A stretch of DNA of 64,000 bases, from contig JANRKS010000001.1 in assembly GCA_033763315.1 (NCBI GenBank), forward strand, positions 96,001-160,000. The letters run 5' to 3'. Positions 1-8,692 of the stretch are shown here, piece by piece. The notes beneath the pieces were generated by a model. It was not told where the DNA came from. It saw only the letters and a program-made list of their open reading frames with translations, and searched no databases. Source of the stretch: Deltaproteobacteria bacterium. GTDB taxonomy: Bacteria > Myxococcota_A > Polyangia > Fen-1088. The stretch's first letter is position 1. Every line of letters starts with the position of its first letter. The translations under genes and the position numbers were made by a program.

Positions 1-915
1 GCAACGCAATTCATAGCCAATGTCTTTTGAGACAATCGTGATCTTGATGCCCAGGCGCTTGAGGCGCTCTTCCACCAATTGCTTTACGCCACGGCCGAGA
101 TCTAATTCAGAGAAACGAATGTGGTCGTGCTCGTCACGCACCAATGTGCCCAAACGCGAAAGCTCGGATTCAGGAATGCTTTCGGCCAAGCCTTCCGCCA
201 GCACGGCGACGCCATCGCGCCGACCTTGAGCCAAGCGTTTGATAACAGCGCCTGCCAAAATGTCGACCACATGATCCAGGCTGGTTTTGCCATTGGGAAA
301 TTCCTCTGGGATCACAGTCAATGTGGCGCCGGCCGCTTTGCCAATGCCCAACGCCAAGTGACCTGCTTTGCGTCCCATCGCCACCACGAAATACCAACGC
401 GAGGTGGTCTTCGCGTCCACCATCAAATTCTTCACCACTTCAACGCCCACATGGCGCGCTGTTTGATAACCAAACGTATCAATGTCGGCGGGCAAATCGA
501 GGTCATTGTCGATGGTCTTCGGCACGTGCACCACGCGCACCGAACCATTGGCTTTCTCCGCCACCTTCATTGCTGAAAAGGCGGTGTCGTCGCCACCAAT
601 TGTGATGAGTTGGCTCACGCCCAACTTTTCAAGGCTGGCCACCACGTTTGCGAGGTTCTCGTCCTTTTTGGTGGGGTTGGCGCGCGACGTGCCAAGGTAG
701 CTGCCACCTGAAAAGTGAATGCGGCTCACCTCTTCGATGCTCAAAGGCCGCACGCGATCGACCTTGCCTTGCATGATCTCCGAGAAGCCGTCCCGGATGC
801 CCAGCACTTCAACGCCTTGGAGCAGGGCGCGGATGGTGGCAGCGCTGATCACGCTGTTGATGCCAGGAGCGGGACCGCCCCCAACCAGGATTGCAAGTTT
901 CTCGGACTTTGGCAC
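1..915 (-). CDS. pfp: pyrophosphate-dependent 6-phosphofructokinase (3' end runs off window)
   Basis: Not in the ORF track. Manual translation gives MPKSEKLAILVGGGPAPGINSVI...IGGDDT...HVPKTIDND...MGRKAGHLA; GGDD plus PKTIDND is the PPi-type signature. GTG start at 915 with AAGGAG at 925-930. Confidence 0.9.
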   Translation of the reverse strand, partial: MPKSEKLAILVGGGPAPGINSVISAATIRALLQGVEVLGIRDGFSEIMQGKVDRVRPLSIEEVSRIHFSGGSYLGTSRANPTKKDENLANVVASLEKLGVSQLITIGGDDTAFSAMKVAEKANGSVRVVHVPKTIDNDLDLPADIDTFGYQTARHVGVEVVKNLMVDAKTTSRWYFVVAMGRKAGHLALGIGKAAGATLTVIPEEFPNGKTSLDHVVDILAGAVIKRLAQGRRDGVAVLAEGLAESIPESELSRLGTLVRDEHDHIRFSELDLGRGVKQLVEERLKRLGIKITIVSKDIGYELRC

Positions 916-1016
916 GTGGTGGGTCTCCTTGACGTTGCGGTTTGCTGGCGCCTTTGCGACCTCTGCTGCAACCGTTTCGACGTTACCATAGCGCCTGCGC
1001 AAACGGCAGGTGGGCT

Positions 1017-1658
1017 TTAGAAGCGCGTGCTGTCACGGCCTTCGAGCGGCGGGGGCGGCAGGATCCGCGGCTTGCTGACCGGTTTCGGGGCAGGCTGCGC
1101 GGGCCGGTTGTTGTCGATCAGGCGTTGGATCTTCTGCTTCACGTCGCGATCCTTCTCGCGGCGGTTGTGCTTCTCCAGCATTTCGATGCCCTCGGGGTTC
1201 TTCGACAACGCCAACGCCACGGCGGCATCCAGGCGCACGGCGGCGCTGTCATGTTCAAGCCAGGGGCCCGCGTTGGCCAGGATCCGACCATCGTGCAACC
1301 ACCCCAGCCCCAACAACGCCCGCCGAACCATGGCCAGTTCCACCTCGTTCTGTGTCGGTTTCACAATGCGCACCAATTGATCGCGCGCCACAACGGAGCC
1401 TGAGGCGGCCAAAGCGTCGATGGCACGCCCCCGCAAGGCTGCGGAAGCCTGTGCATCGCGAACGATGTCGATGAGCACGAGGTCGGCGTCCTTACCCATG
1501 GCCTGCACGTCGGCAGGGGCGATCGGGCGGCCCTCCTTGGTCAACGCGGCCTCCACGCCAGCGCGGGTGGCCGGCGCCGTGGGGGCCTTTTTCGTCTGTG
1601 CCCAAGCCACGCTGCTGCCCAGAAGAACCACGCCAATTGCCGCCAAAATCAGTCTCAT
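1017..1658 (-). CDS. secreted HEAT-repeat protein
   Basis: Signal peptide (MRLILAAIGVVLLGSSVAWAQ); HEAT-like repeats LRGRAIDALAA, VRRALLGLGW, VRLDAAVALAL. Confidence 0.7.
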   Translation of the reverse strand: MRLILAAIGVVLLGSSVAWAQTKKAPTAPATRAGVEAALTKEGRPIAPADVQAMGKDADLVLIDIVRDAQASAALRGRAIDALAASGSVVARDQLVRIVKPTQNEVELAMVRRALLGLGWLHDGRILANAGPWLEHDSAAVRLDAAVALALSKNPEGIEMLEKHNRREKDRDVKQKIQRLIDNNRPAQPAPKPVSKPRILPPPPLEGRDSTRF

Positions 1659-1733
1659 GCTGGGGCGCAGTGTACCCCGCCGTCCCCTCAAGGGGCGCGT
1701 TCAGTTCAACGATTCCCGGCTCGCCTTCCGCCT

Positions 1734-1791
1734 GTGACTTTGCTGAAGTCATATATGACTCCCGTTCCAAGTCATATGACTCCCTATGACT
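1734..1791. promoter_or_regulatory. cluster of AGTCA/TGACT palindromes, candidate enhancer (UAS)
   Basis: Perfect palindromes AGTCATATATGACT (1747-1760) and AGTCATATGACT (1770-1781) plus extra TGACT half-sites, 105-140 bp upstream of a sigma54 promoter. Confidence 0.65.
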
Positions 1792-1885
1792 CGCGCTTCC
1801 TTCCGGGTAGTCACATGGCCGCTGTAGATGACGTAAGTCACTGAATACATTGGCGCTCGTCCGTTACGCCCGCGGTCGCCACATG

Positions 1886-1901
1886 TGGCACCCCCGTTGC
1901 A
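1886..1901 (+). promoter_or_regulatory. sigma54 (-24/-12) promoter
   Basis: TGGCAC-CCCCG-TTGCA, exact consensus and spacing; predicted +1 near 1912. Confidence 0.8.
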
Positions 1902-1911
1902 GCGCTTTAGG

Positions 1912-2049
1912 TCGCCTGGGCGAAACCCCCTTTTTGCCACGGCAACCAGGGCAGCGTCACGGGAACATTGATTGTGGATCCCAGGGCGCTGTCTTGGAGG
2001 CAAATGACCGGAAGCTGAATCCCCAACCAGCTTCCGGTTATTTCTTTTT
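1912..2049 (+). ncRNA. candidate ~135-nt sigma54-dependent structured sRNA (or attenuator leader)
   Basis: Promoter, then a long hairpin (1946-1958 pairs with 1985-1997 using three G-U pairs; 1933-1938 pairs with 1999-2004), then an intrinsic terminator; no plausible ORF. Confidence 0.6.
2005..2049 (+). terminator. Rho-independent terminator
   Basis: ACCGGAAGCTG / loop AATCCCCAAC / CAGCTTCCGGT followed by TATTTCTTTTT. Confidence 0.75.
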
Positions 2050-2121
2050 CGAACGGCTTGGCGCACACCCACAAGTTTCCGCGCTTATCTGCCGAGTTCC
2101 TGGTGCGGAGAACCGACAGGT

Positions 2122-4437
2122 ATGCGCACCACTTCTAAAGTTAGCCTGATCTTGGGGTTGTTCACTCTCGTGGCAAGCTGCGATGCCGGCGGGCCAGAAG
2201 AATCAGGACCAGGATTCGGCTTTGGCGACGCGGGTGACAGCGGGCGCATCGTCATTGACCCGGACGGCGGCGGTCGCGAGGCGGCGGCGACGGACGGCCC
2301 GAGCATGGTTGAGGGCATCGATGTGGAGGTGGCCGTCACCAAACCGGGCAAGGACGCCATCGTGACGTACACCGATAGCTTCAAGCCCGAGGTGGTGGTG
2401 GACGTTATGGCGGATACCGATGCGCTGCTGATGGGCTTTTCCATCACGGACGTGAAAGCTGAGATCTTGGTGCCGGACGATATGACGACGCCGGTGTCGA
2501 CGAAGCTAAGCCAGGTGAACCTTCAGCGGGGCCCTGAAGGCATGCGGAAGCTCACTTACACGTTCGGCAATACGTTGGTGGGCACGTCTGGCATTCCCAG
2601 CGGCAACCTTCAGCTCAAAATTACCGTCACCACCAACAACACGACGCACACGGCGATGCTTCCGTTTCGGTTCGATGGCGGGCCGACCATTAAGTTCATC
2701 GTTCCGTCCACACCCGACACGTCCTTCAAAGATTCGGCGCCCATCAAGTTCAGCGTCAGCGATTCCGTGTTTCCGCCCGTCAGTGACGTGAAGCTGTTTT
2801 TGGGCGATGCGGAGCAGGAGTTGCAAACGCCCGATGGTGTGTATGCCGCGACGATCGACTTTAAATCTTTTGTGCCACGGCTCAGTGGCCGGCAGCTGGT
2901 GACCGTACGTGCGAAAAACGGCAATGGCACTTCGTCGGTCGTGTCGCTTGCGTTCATCGCCGATGATCAGGGGCCTGTGTTCACGAAACTCACACCACAG
3001 AACGGGCAACTGATCGGCGGCATCATTGAGATCGTGGCGGAGCTCGACGATCCGGCAGGCGTGGATCCCGCTTCCGTGGTGGCCGTGATCGGCAATGGCG
3101 ATGACAAATTCGAGGTTCGGCTCACGCCTCCCGCGGTGGGCATGTCGCCGGCCAAGTTTACAAAGGCTTTCGACACGCGCTTGCTTCCCACCAACGCGAT
3201 CTATCCAAGCCTTTCGATGCGCGCGTCGGACAAACTCGGCAACGAAAGCACCATTGGTTACAACCTTTCGCTCGACAACATGCCGCCTCTGCTCGATCTC
3301 GATCCACCCGATGATTTTCGCTTCCTCACGCTTGAAAATGGCTTCTATAAATGTTCGTGGCCGCTTGATCCTGTGGGCCCCGATGCGGTGGACGATGGGC
3401 AATACGTCAACCAAGCCTTCGACGTGCGCGTGCGCGCTGAAGATCAAGGCAATGAGGTCAAAGCCGGCACGATCGATTTCGTGCCGTTGGCAGGTTTGAA
3501 GGCCGTGCAATTGGTGGCGCTTGACGACACCTCAAGAGCGCTGGTGGTGGATACAGACGGCGACAAAATTTGTGACGCCGTTAATCCACTGCTCGTGCCA
3601 ACGACAAGGCCGATGGCTTCCAATCAAATCTTGCTGCTGGACATGGATTCGCTGGCAAGGGCGGGTGTGCCAGATAAAAACCCAGAGCTCCCCGCACCCG
3701 GCTCTTGCACCACCAATGACGGCACGTACGCGGCAACGTCGGCTGTTTGCGATAACCCTGGCGTCACGTTCAACGCTTCCAAAGGCCGCTACGGCATTTA
3801 CCCGATACCAGGAAACCCGCCGCTGGTGACTCTGCACTCCGCTTATATGACAAACTTCACAACGTATGCGCAGGACAACTGGCCAGCGATCTGGACGTTG
3901 GGTCCCATTCGTCCGGGCCTAGAATGTGCGGGTCGGCAGCTTGAATCCGTGGGAACCAACCTCAGCGACGGGTGGGTGTGTTTGGCGGCCCTGGGCGAAG
4001 ACAACTTGGGCCGCAAGCAGGTCAGCCGCCCGATTCGCGTCTGCATCGACGCTGACGCCAGCGGCGGCGATTGTCCTCACATCAGCATTGTGGCGGTCTC
4101 ATCAGGCTCGCCAATGGCCGTGACCACCGCAAAGAACCACGGCTTCGTCACGGGCGATGAAGTGTTTGTGCAGGGGGTGGAATGTCAGACGGGCGCCAAC
4201 GGCAAACGCAAGATCACGGTGACGGGGCCAACCACGTTCACGCTTAACGGCGTGGCTGGCATAAGCGAGCTCGGTTGCACTGACAGCAAGGGCTTGGTCG
4301 TTGCCACGAAGCTCTTGCCCGATTGCACCGGCAAACAAACGGCGCCGATACCCAATCCGACAGTGGACAACACAGTCAAATGCGACCCATGGCGCACCTA
4401 CAAGTATCCAACTCCAGAGTTCCGCATCTACAAGTAG
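2122..4437 (+). CDS. large lipoprotein with tandem Ig-like domains, Cys-containing C-half and FCCH-like beta domain
   Basis: Lipobox LVASC; Ig-like strands (VTVRAKNGNG, MRASDKLGNES, VRAEDQGN); C-terminal SPMAVTTAKNHGFVTGDEVFVQGV motif. Confidence 0.75.
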   Translation: MRTTSKVSLILGLFTLVASCDAGGPEESGPGFGFGDAGDSGRIVIDPDGGGREAAATDGPSMVEGIDVEVAVTKPGKDAIVTYTDSFKPEVVVDVMADTDALLMGFSITDVKAEILVPDDMTTPVSTKLSQVNLQRGPEGMRKLTYTFGNTLVGTSGIPSGNLQLKITVTTNNTTHTAMLPFRFDGGPTIKFIVPSTPDTSFKDSAPIKFSVSDSVFPPVSDVKLFLGDAEQELQTPDGVYAATIDFKSFVPRLSGRQLVTVRAKNGNGTSSVVSLAFIADDQGPVFTKLTPQNGQLIGGIIEIVAELDDPAGVDPASVVAVIGNGDDKFEVRLTPPAVGMSPAKFTKAFDTRLLPTNAIYPSLSMRASDKLGNESTIGYNLSLDNMPPLLDLDPPDDFRFLTLENGFYKCSWPLDPVGPDAVDDGQYVNQAFDVRVRAEDQGNEVKAGTIDFVPLAGLKAVQLVALDDTSRALVVDTDGDKICDAVNPLLVPTTRPMASNQILLLDMDSLARAGVPDKNPELPAPGSCTTNDGTYAATSAVCDNPGVTFNASKGRYGIYPIPGNPPLVTLHSAYMTNFTTYAQDNWPAIWTLGPIRPGLECAGRQLESVGTNLSDGWVCLAALGEDNLGRKQVSRPIRVCIDADASGGDCPHISIVAVSSGSPMAVTTAKNHGFVTGDEVFVQGVECQTGANGKRKITVTGPTTFTLNGVAGISELGCTDSKGLVVATKLLPDCTGKQTAPIPNPTVDNTVKCDPWRTYKYPTPEFRIYK

Positions 4438-4488
4438 CCTTCTGTCGCCGTATTTGACCCTCGCTCTGACGCGAGCGAGGATCGCGCC

Positions 4489-6927
4489 GTGCAAGACAAT
4501 TCTTCGCAGGGCGCTGCAGCCGCATCCCTTGCTCAGCGCCTCGTCCGTTCGCCGTTGGCTTGGTTGTGCGTGCTGGTGGCGGCGGCCTACGCCCCTATCT
4601 TCTGGGGTCAGATCATTTTCTTCCGTGATCCCGCGCATTGGAACTTTCCAGCGCGAGCCTTCGTTCGTCATGCCTTTCTAAGCGGACAATTTCCGCACTG
4701 GAACCCGTACGTGGGCCTCGGCGTGCCCGTGTGGGCCAACCCGCTTTACGGGATGTTCTATCCACCCAATTGGCTGTTGCTCTTGGTGCCCGAGCGCCTC
4801 GTTGCATCGGCTTTGACGTGGCAAAGCGCCGCGCACACGCTGTGGGGTGGCGCCGGCATGTTCGTCCTGGCGAAGCAATTTCGCTGCGGATCTGTCGCGT
4901 GCCTCATCGGCGGCATCGCGTGGGCGTTCTCGGGCTACACAACTTCAATGTGGTCGGCCGGCCTGCTGCTCATCGCCGACGCTTGGCTGCCTTGGGTGGC
5001 GGTGGGTTTCATCGCTGCGGCCACAAGCTATCGGCGCGGCGAAGGTGCCGTGCACGCCATCCCCAAAGCCACGTTGCCGCTCGCCTTGGCACTTTTGTGC
5101 GGTGAAGTTTTTGTTGCGATGATCAGCGCGGGCTTTGGCGCCTTAACTTTGTGGGCGTGGGCCTTGGGTGGCCACGCGCGGGACATTGCAAATGAACAAC
5201 GGGCCTTGGCCGCAGGGCAACAAAAGCCGTGGCTACGTTTCGCTGCGGTGTTGGCCTCGGCCGTCACGCTTGCGTTTCTGATCGGCACGATCGTTATCGC
5301 GCCCGCGCGGGCCTTGGTTGTGGGTACCCCTCGTGCCGCCGGATTACCTTTGTCAGAGGCTGAACAATATTCGTTTCATCCCATTCGCTTGTTGGAATTG
5401 GCTGCGCCTGAAGCCTTGGGCGTGCCATTGATGGATTACCCCGCCGCCAAATATGCCGGCGAAAAGGCGATTGATGATGCGCCCCTGGCCTTCAGCAGCT
5501 ACTTGGGCGCGGCCGTGATCGGTCTCGCGTTGTTGGCGTTCGGCCGCAACCGACGCAGCGCTTGGATGCTGCTCGGATATTGGTGCTTCTTTTTGCTGAT
5601 CTGCTTTGGTCGCTACACGCCCATTCATGCGGTTTGGCGGCAGCTGGTTTTGCCATTTCAGTACATGCGGTATCCCGAAAAGTACTTCGTGCTTTTGGTC
5701 GGGTGGACAGCGCTGTTGGGATCAATGGGTTTTGACCGCCTGATCAAAGATAGGTCGCTTAAGCCCTGGCGCGTGCTGACGCTCATCGTTTCGTTGGTGG
5801 CTGTTCTTCTTCTCGTGGGAGTGTTTGCCGACTTCCAGCTTGCGCGCTACGTCCGCGGTGGGGCCGCACGCGGGCTGTTTGCCGCCGTTGGATTGCTTTG
5901 CATGTTTTGGTTTCGCAAACGCCAGTCCAGCTTGTTGCTGCCTTTGGCGGTTGCCGTTGTCACGTTGGACCTCGTGACGACCCTTTGGCATTTGCAGCCG
6001 TTCACTGATGCCTCGGTCGCACAGCGCATGCCGCCCGTGGCGAAGGCCATTTTGGATCGCACAGAAAACAAGGGTCTGCCTCCCCGGCTATACCGCAGCC
6101 GCAAAGCCACCGACAACGTTTCGAGTTTCCTAAAGCTCGATGGCTTCGCCGACACCGAGGCACTGTGGATGCTGACGTTGTCGCCGAACCTCGGTAGCGT
6201 GTTTGGCATCGCCACAGTTCCTGGATATGACGCCGCCACGTTTGGCACCTTGAACCGGTTTTGGGAAGAGGGCCTTGAGTTTCGTGCCACGCTCTTGCGC
6301 CTGTTGGCCGTTGAATACGCCTTGTTGCCCGTCAAGGATCCCGCGACGCTCGACAAGCGAGGCGCCGCCTATGAAGCCATCATGGACCCCGTGCCCGGCA
6401 CCCGTCTTTACCGCGTGAAGAACCCGCTTCCGCGCGCGTTTTTAACCGCAAACACGCTGGTGCTGAACGATGACGACGCTCTATTGCGGCTCTTCACACC
6501 GGAGGTGGCAGACGGAAAGATCGCTTTGGTGGCCGAAGGGCAAGGCGAAAAACCCATGTCGGGAAGCACCGAACCGCTGGGCGTGTGTACGAGCCGCGCG
6601 CAAGGCACGAACCGCCTGGTTGCCACGTGCACAACCGCGCGTGATGGCCTTGCCGTGTTTGCTGAGCAGTTTGCCCCGCAGTGGAAGGCCACCGTCGATG
6701 GAGCGCCCGCCAAGTTGCTGCGTGTGAACCAGGTTATGCGCGGCGTGCACATAACCGCTGGAAAGCACGAGGTGGTCATGACCTACGAGTTGCCGCAGGT
6801 CACCTCAGCAGCGTGGGTGTCGATGCTTGCAGCCATCGTATGCGTGCTGCTCATCGCCTTGAACCTGCGTTCGAAAAGAAGAAAGGGGCCTGTGATGGCC
6901 CCTCTCTCAGATGTCCACGTCAGCTGA
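4489..6927 (+). CDS. YfhO-family polytopic membrane protein (GT-C-type glycosyltransferase)
   Basis: FFRD...FPHWNPYVGLGVP..ANP..GMFYPPNW; RYPEKY; C-terminal EQFAPQWKATVDG...VNQVMRGV..GKHEV; many TM helices. Confidence 0.85.
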   Translation: MQDNSSQGAAAASLAQRLVRSPLAWLCVLVAAAYAPIFWGQIIFFRDPAHWNFPARAFVRHAFLSGQFPHWNPYVGLGVPVWANPLYGMFYPPNWLLLLVPERLVASALTWQSAAHTLWGGAGMFVLAKQFRCGSVACLIGGIAWAFSGYTTSMWSAGLLLIADAWLPWVAVGFIAAATSYRRGEGAVHAIPKATLPLALALLCGEVFVAMISAGFGALTLWAWALGGHARDIANEQRALAAGQQKPWLRFAAVLASAVTLAFLIGTIVIAPARALVVGTPRAAGLPLSEAEQYSFHPIRLLELAAPEALGVPLMDYPAAKYAGEKAIDDAPLAFSSYLGAAVIGLALLAFGRNRRSAWMLLGYWCFFLLICFGRYTPIHAVWRQLVLPFQYMRYPEKYFVLLVGWTALLGSMGFDRLIKDRSLKPWRVLTLIVSLVAVLLLVGVFADFQLARYVRGGAARGLFAAVGLLCMFWFRKRQSSLLLPLAVAVVTLDLVTTLWHLQPFTDASVAQRMPPVAKAILDRTENKGLPPRLYRSRKATDNVSSFLKLDGFADTEALWMLTLSPNLGSVFGIATVPGYDAATFGTLNRFWEEGLEFRATLLRLLAVEYALLPVKDPATLDKRGAAYEAIMDPVPGTRLYRVKNPLPRAFLTANTLVLNDDDALLRLFTPEVADGKIALVAEGQGEKPMSGSTEPLGVCTSRAQGTNRLVATCTTARDGLAVFAEQFAPQWKATVDGAPAKLLRVNQVMRGVHITAGKHEVVMTYELPQVTSAAWVSMLAAIVCVLLIALNLRSKRRKGPVMAPLSDVHVS
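6874..6903 (-). terminator. intrinsic terminator of the pilin gene, embedded in the yfhO 3' end
   Basis: Hairpin AGGGGCC/TGTGAT/GGCCCCT preceded on + by AAAAGAAGAA, which reads as a U-tract on the minus strand, ~25 nt after the pilin stop. Confidence 0.7.
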
Positions 6928-7470
6928 TTATTCGGTTTCTTGACCGATGACCGTGTTGAACGAGAACGCGTTGCCCGAGGCGGAGTCCACGCGGCCGATG
7001 CGGCGGAACTGAGCCAACGTGCCATCGCAATCAAGGTCGCCTTCGGCTTCTGCGGTGAACGTTGAGCTCGTGTTGGCGCCGGCGCCGCTGTAAAGCGGAC
7101 GATAGTAGTGACCGTCTGCCAAGCTGAAGTTCAAAGCGGCCCAGCTGTTGTCCGTGTTGTAGATGGCAGCAGCGCCAGGGCACTTCATACCGGTTTGGGT
7201 GCAGCACTTCGCGGCTTCAGGCGTGGCGCTGGCGGGGAACTGCTTGATCAAGATTGCGCCCGTGGCCGTGTCGTTGTGGTCGGCTTCGTAGTAAGCCACA
7301 GAGCCCTGCCAAAGCTTGTTCAGAGTTTGCGTCGCTTCAGCCGTGCGGCTCTTCTTGATGTACTTGCTGAACGCTGGGATGGCGACAGCGGCCAAGATGC
7401 CGATGATGGCAACGACGATCATCAACTCAACCAGTGTGAAACCGCTGTTCTTATTGCGCCCTTTGATCAT
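6928..7470 (-). CDS. pilA: type IVa major pilin
   Basis: Prepilin site G|[34 protein letters not shown]; C-terminal GDLDCDG; SD AAGGGAG; own sigma54 promoter and terminator. Confidence 0.85.
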   Translation of the reverse strand: MIKGRNKNSGFTLVELMIVVAIIGILAAVAIPAFSKYIKKSRTAEATQTLNKLWQGSVAYYEADHNDTATGAILIKQFPASATPEAAKCCTQTGMKCPGAAAIYNTDNSWAALNFSLADGHYYRPLYSGAGANTSSTFTAEAEGDLDCDGTLAQFRRIGRVDSASGNAFSFNTVIGQETE

Positions 7471-7533
7471 TTTCATTCTCCCCTTGTGTGTTTCGATCCG
7501 AGGACGCCTCGTAGGCCCTCGTGTGATTACCTC

Positions 7534-7549
7534 TGCAGCGGCCGTGCCA
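7534..7549 (-). promoter_or_regulatory. sigma54 promoter of pilA
   Basis: Minus strand TGGCAC-GGCCG-CTGCA, 64 nt upstream of the ATG; pilA is sigma54-dependent in Myxococcus, Pseudomonas and Geobacter. Confidence 0.8.
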
Positions 7550-7980
7550 AACGAATGAAAGCGCCAACAACTGCCCCTGTGTATTCGGCAAGTCTTTGAA
7601 AGGCTTGAGAACGGGAGTTTTGCTGGGTGCCAACGGAGCAAAAAAGTCCAACGAACGGGCACAAAGCAAGGCCTTCAACTGACGATTTTGGGCACAGCCC
7701 GCGGCTCGTTGGACGGGTTACGTCCATGGCGTCCCCGTTTGAACCGGCTTTTGACCCGTCTTTGCTGCGATTGAGGGGCGGCCTAATCAATCTTAAGTAC
7801 TTTGGGCCGCATTCAAGCGCGAAGGCAGTGACTGAAAATGTCAGCGTGAACAACTTGGCGCTGGTCAAAAGATTGACGCCGCTAGGTGGAAGATGCCCCC
7901 AGTGCGCCTGCCGAAGCTTCAGGCTCAAGCCGCTGAGCCACGGATGGCAAACGCGCGGCGGCGCTCACAAACGAGCGCTG

Positions 7981-8619
7981 CTACTTGCCTTCGTTCCACT
8001 CCCGCAGCACGGGCGAGTTGTGCGTCACGGCCATCACGTGGTTGTCATTGGGCAAGCCAGCAGCCCCATCGAAGTTGCACGCGGCGATGGCATAGAACCA
8101 GGGCAAAGGGATAGCGGCGGCGCCAAGTAGGCGAACGCCGAAAGTCGCGCCAACGGGCAACACGGTGTTGGCCGGCCCTGAATTGAGTAAGTAGGTACAA
8201 AACAGTTCGGTCCGCCGGGGGCGCATGCCGATGCTTCTCCACGCCACAGGCCACAAGGCCCCGTTGGCAATTGACGTTGCAACGTTGCGAGAGAAGAATG
8301 CGGCGTCGTTGGGCGCGATGGGATAAAACGCTGCGTTGGCTTCGTCTATCGTGGTGTCGCCGTTTGGCAGCCGCAGCGGCAGATAGGCGCCGAACTCGCT
8401 GAAGTAGACCATTTCTTTGGCGCTCATCTCGGCGAGCATGCCCACCGCCTCCGTGCGGCGCGCACGCGCGATCCACTTGCCGTAACCATAGGTGCCGAGC
8501 GTCGCCAAAATCGCGATGATCACCACCACAACCATCAACTCGATGAGCGAGAAACCGCCTTCCAACCGGCGGACAGAGTGAAAGGGGCGGCGTGGGCGGG
8601 GCGCTTGAGACGAATGCAT
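7981..8619 (-). CDS. type IV pilin-like protein (PilE-like minor or second pilin)
   Basis: G|FSLIELMVVVVIIAILATLG..Y..WIARARRTEA; Cys pair with ACNFDG near the C-terminus. Confidence 0.85.
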   Translation of the reverse strand: MHSSQAPRPRRPFHSVRRLEGGFSLIELMVVVVIIAILATLGTYGYGKWIARARRTEAVGMLAEMSAKEMVYFSEFGAYLPLRLPNGDTTIDEANAAFYPIAPNDAAFFSRNVATSIANGALWPVAWRSIGMRPRRTELFCTYLLNSGPANTVLPVGATFGVRLLGAAAIPLPWFYAIAACNFDGAAGLPNDNHVMAVTHNSPVLREWNEGK

Positions 8620-8692
8620 GACTCTTCCAGCGATGGCCATCGGCAGAACCAACCACGAACTGGAACCTTGATATGATACATGGCCCGTGGCG

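Noticed and set aside
1912-2049. Match to tRNA, SRP, 6S or c-di-GMP-I riboswitch
   Set aside because: No cloverleaf, SRP loop or GEMM consensus recognisable by eye; kept as an unknown RNA
7618-7634. Second TGGCAC upstream of pilA
   Set aside because: No GC at the -12 position with correct spacing
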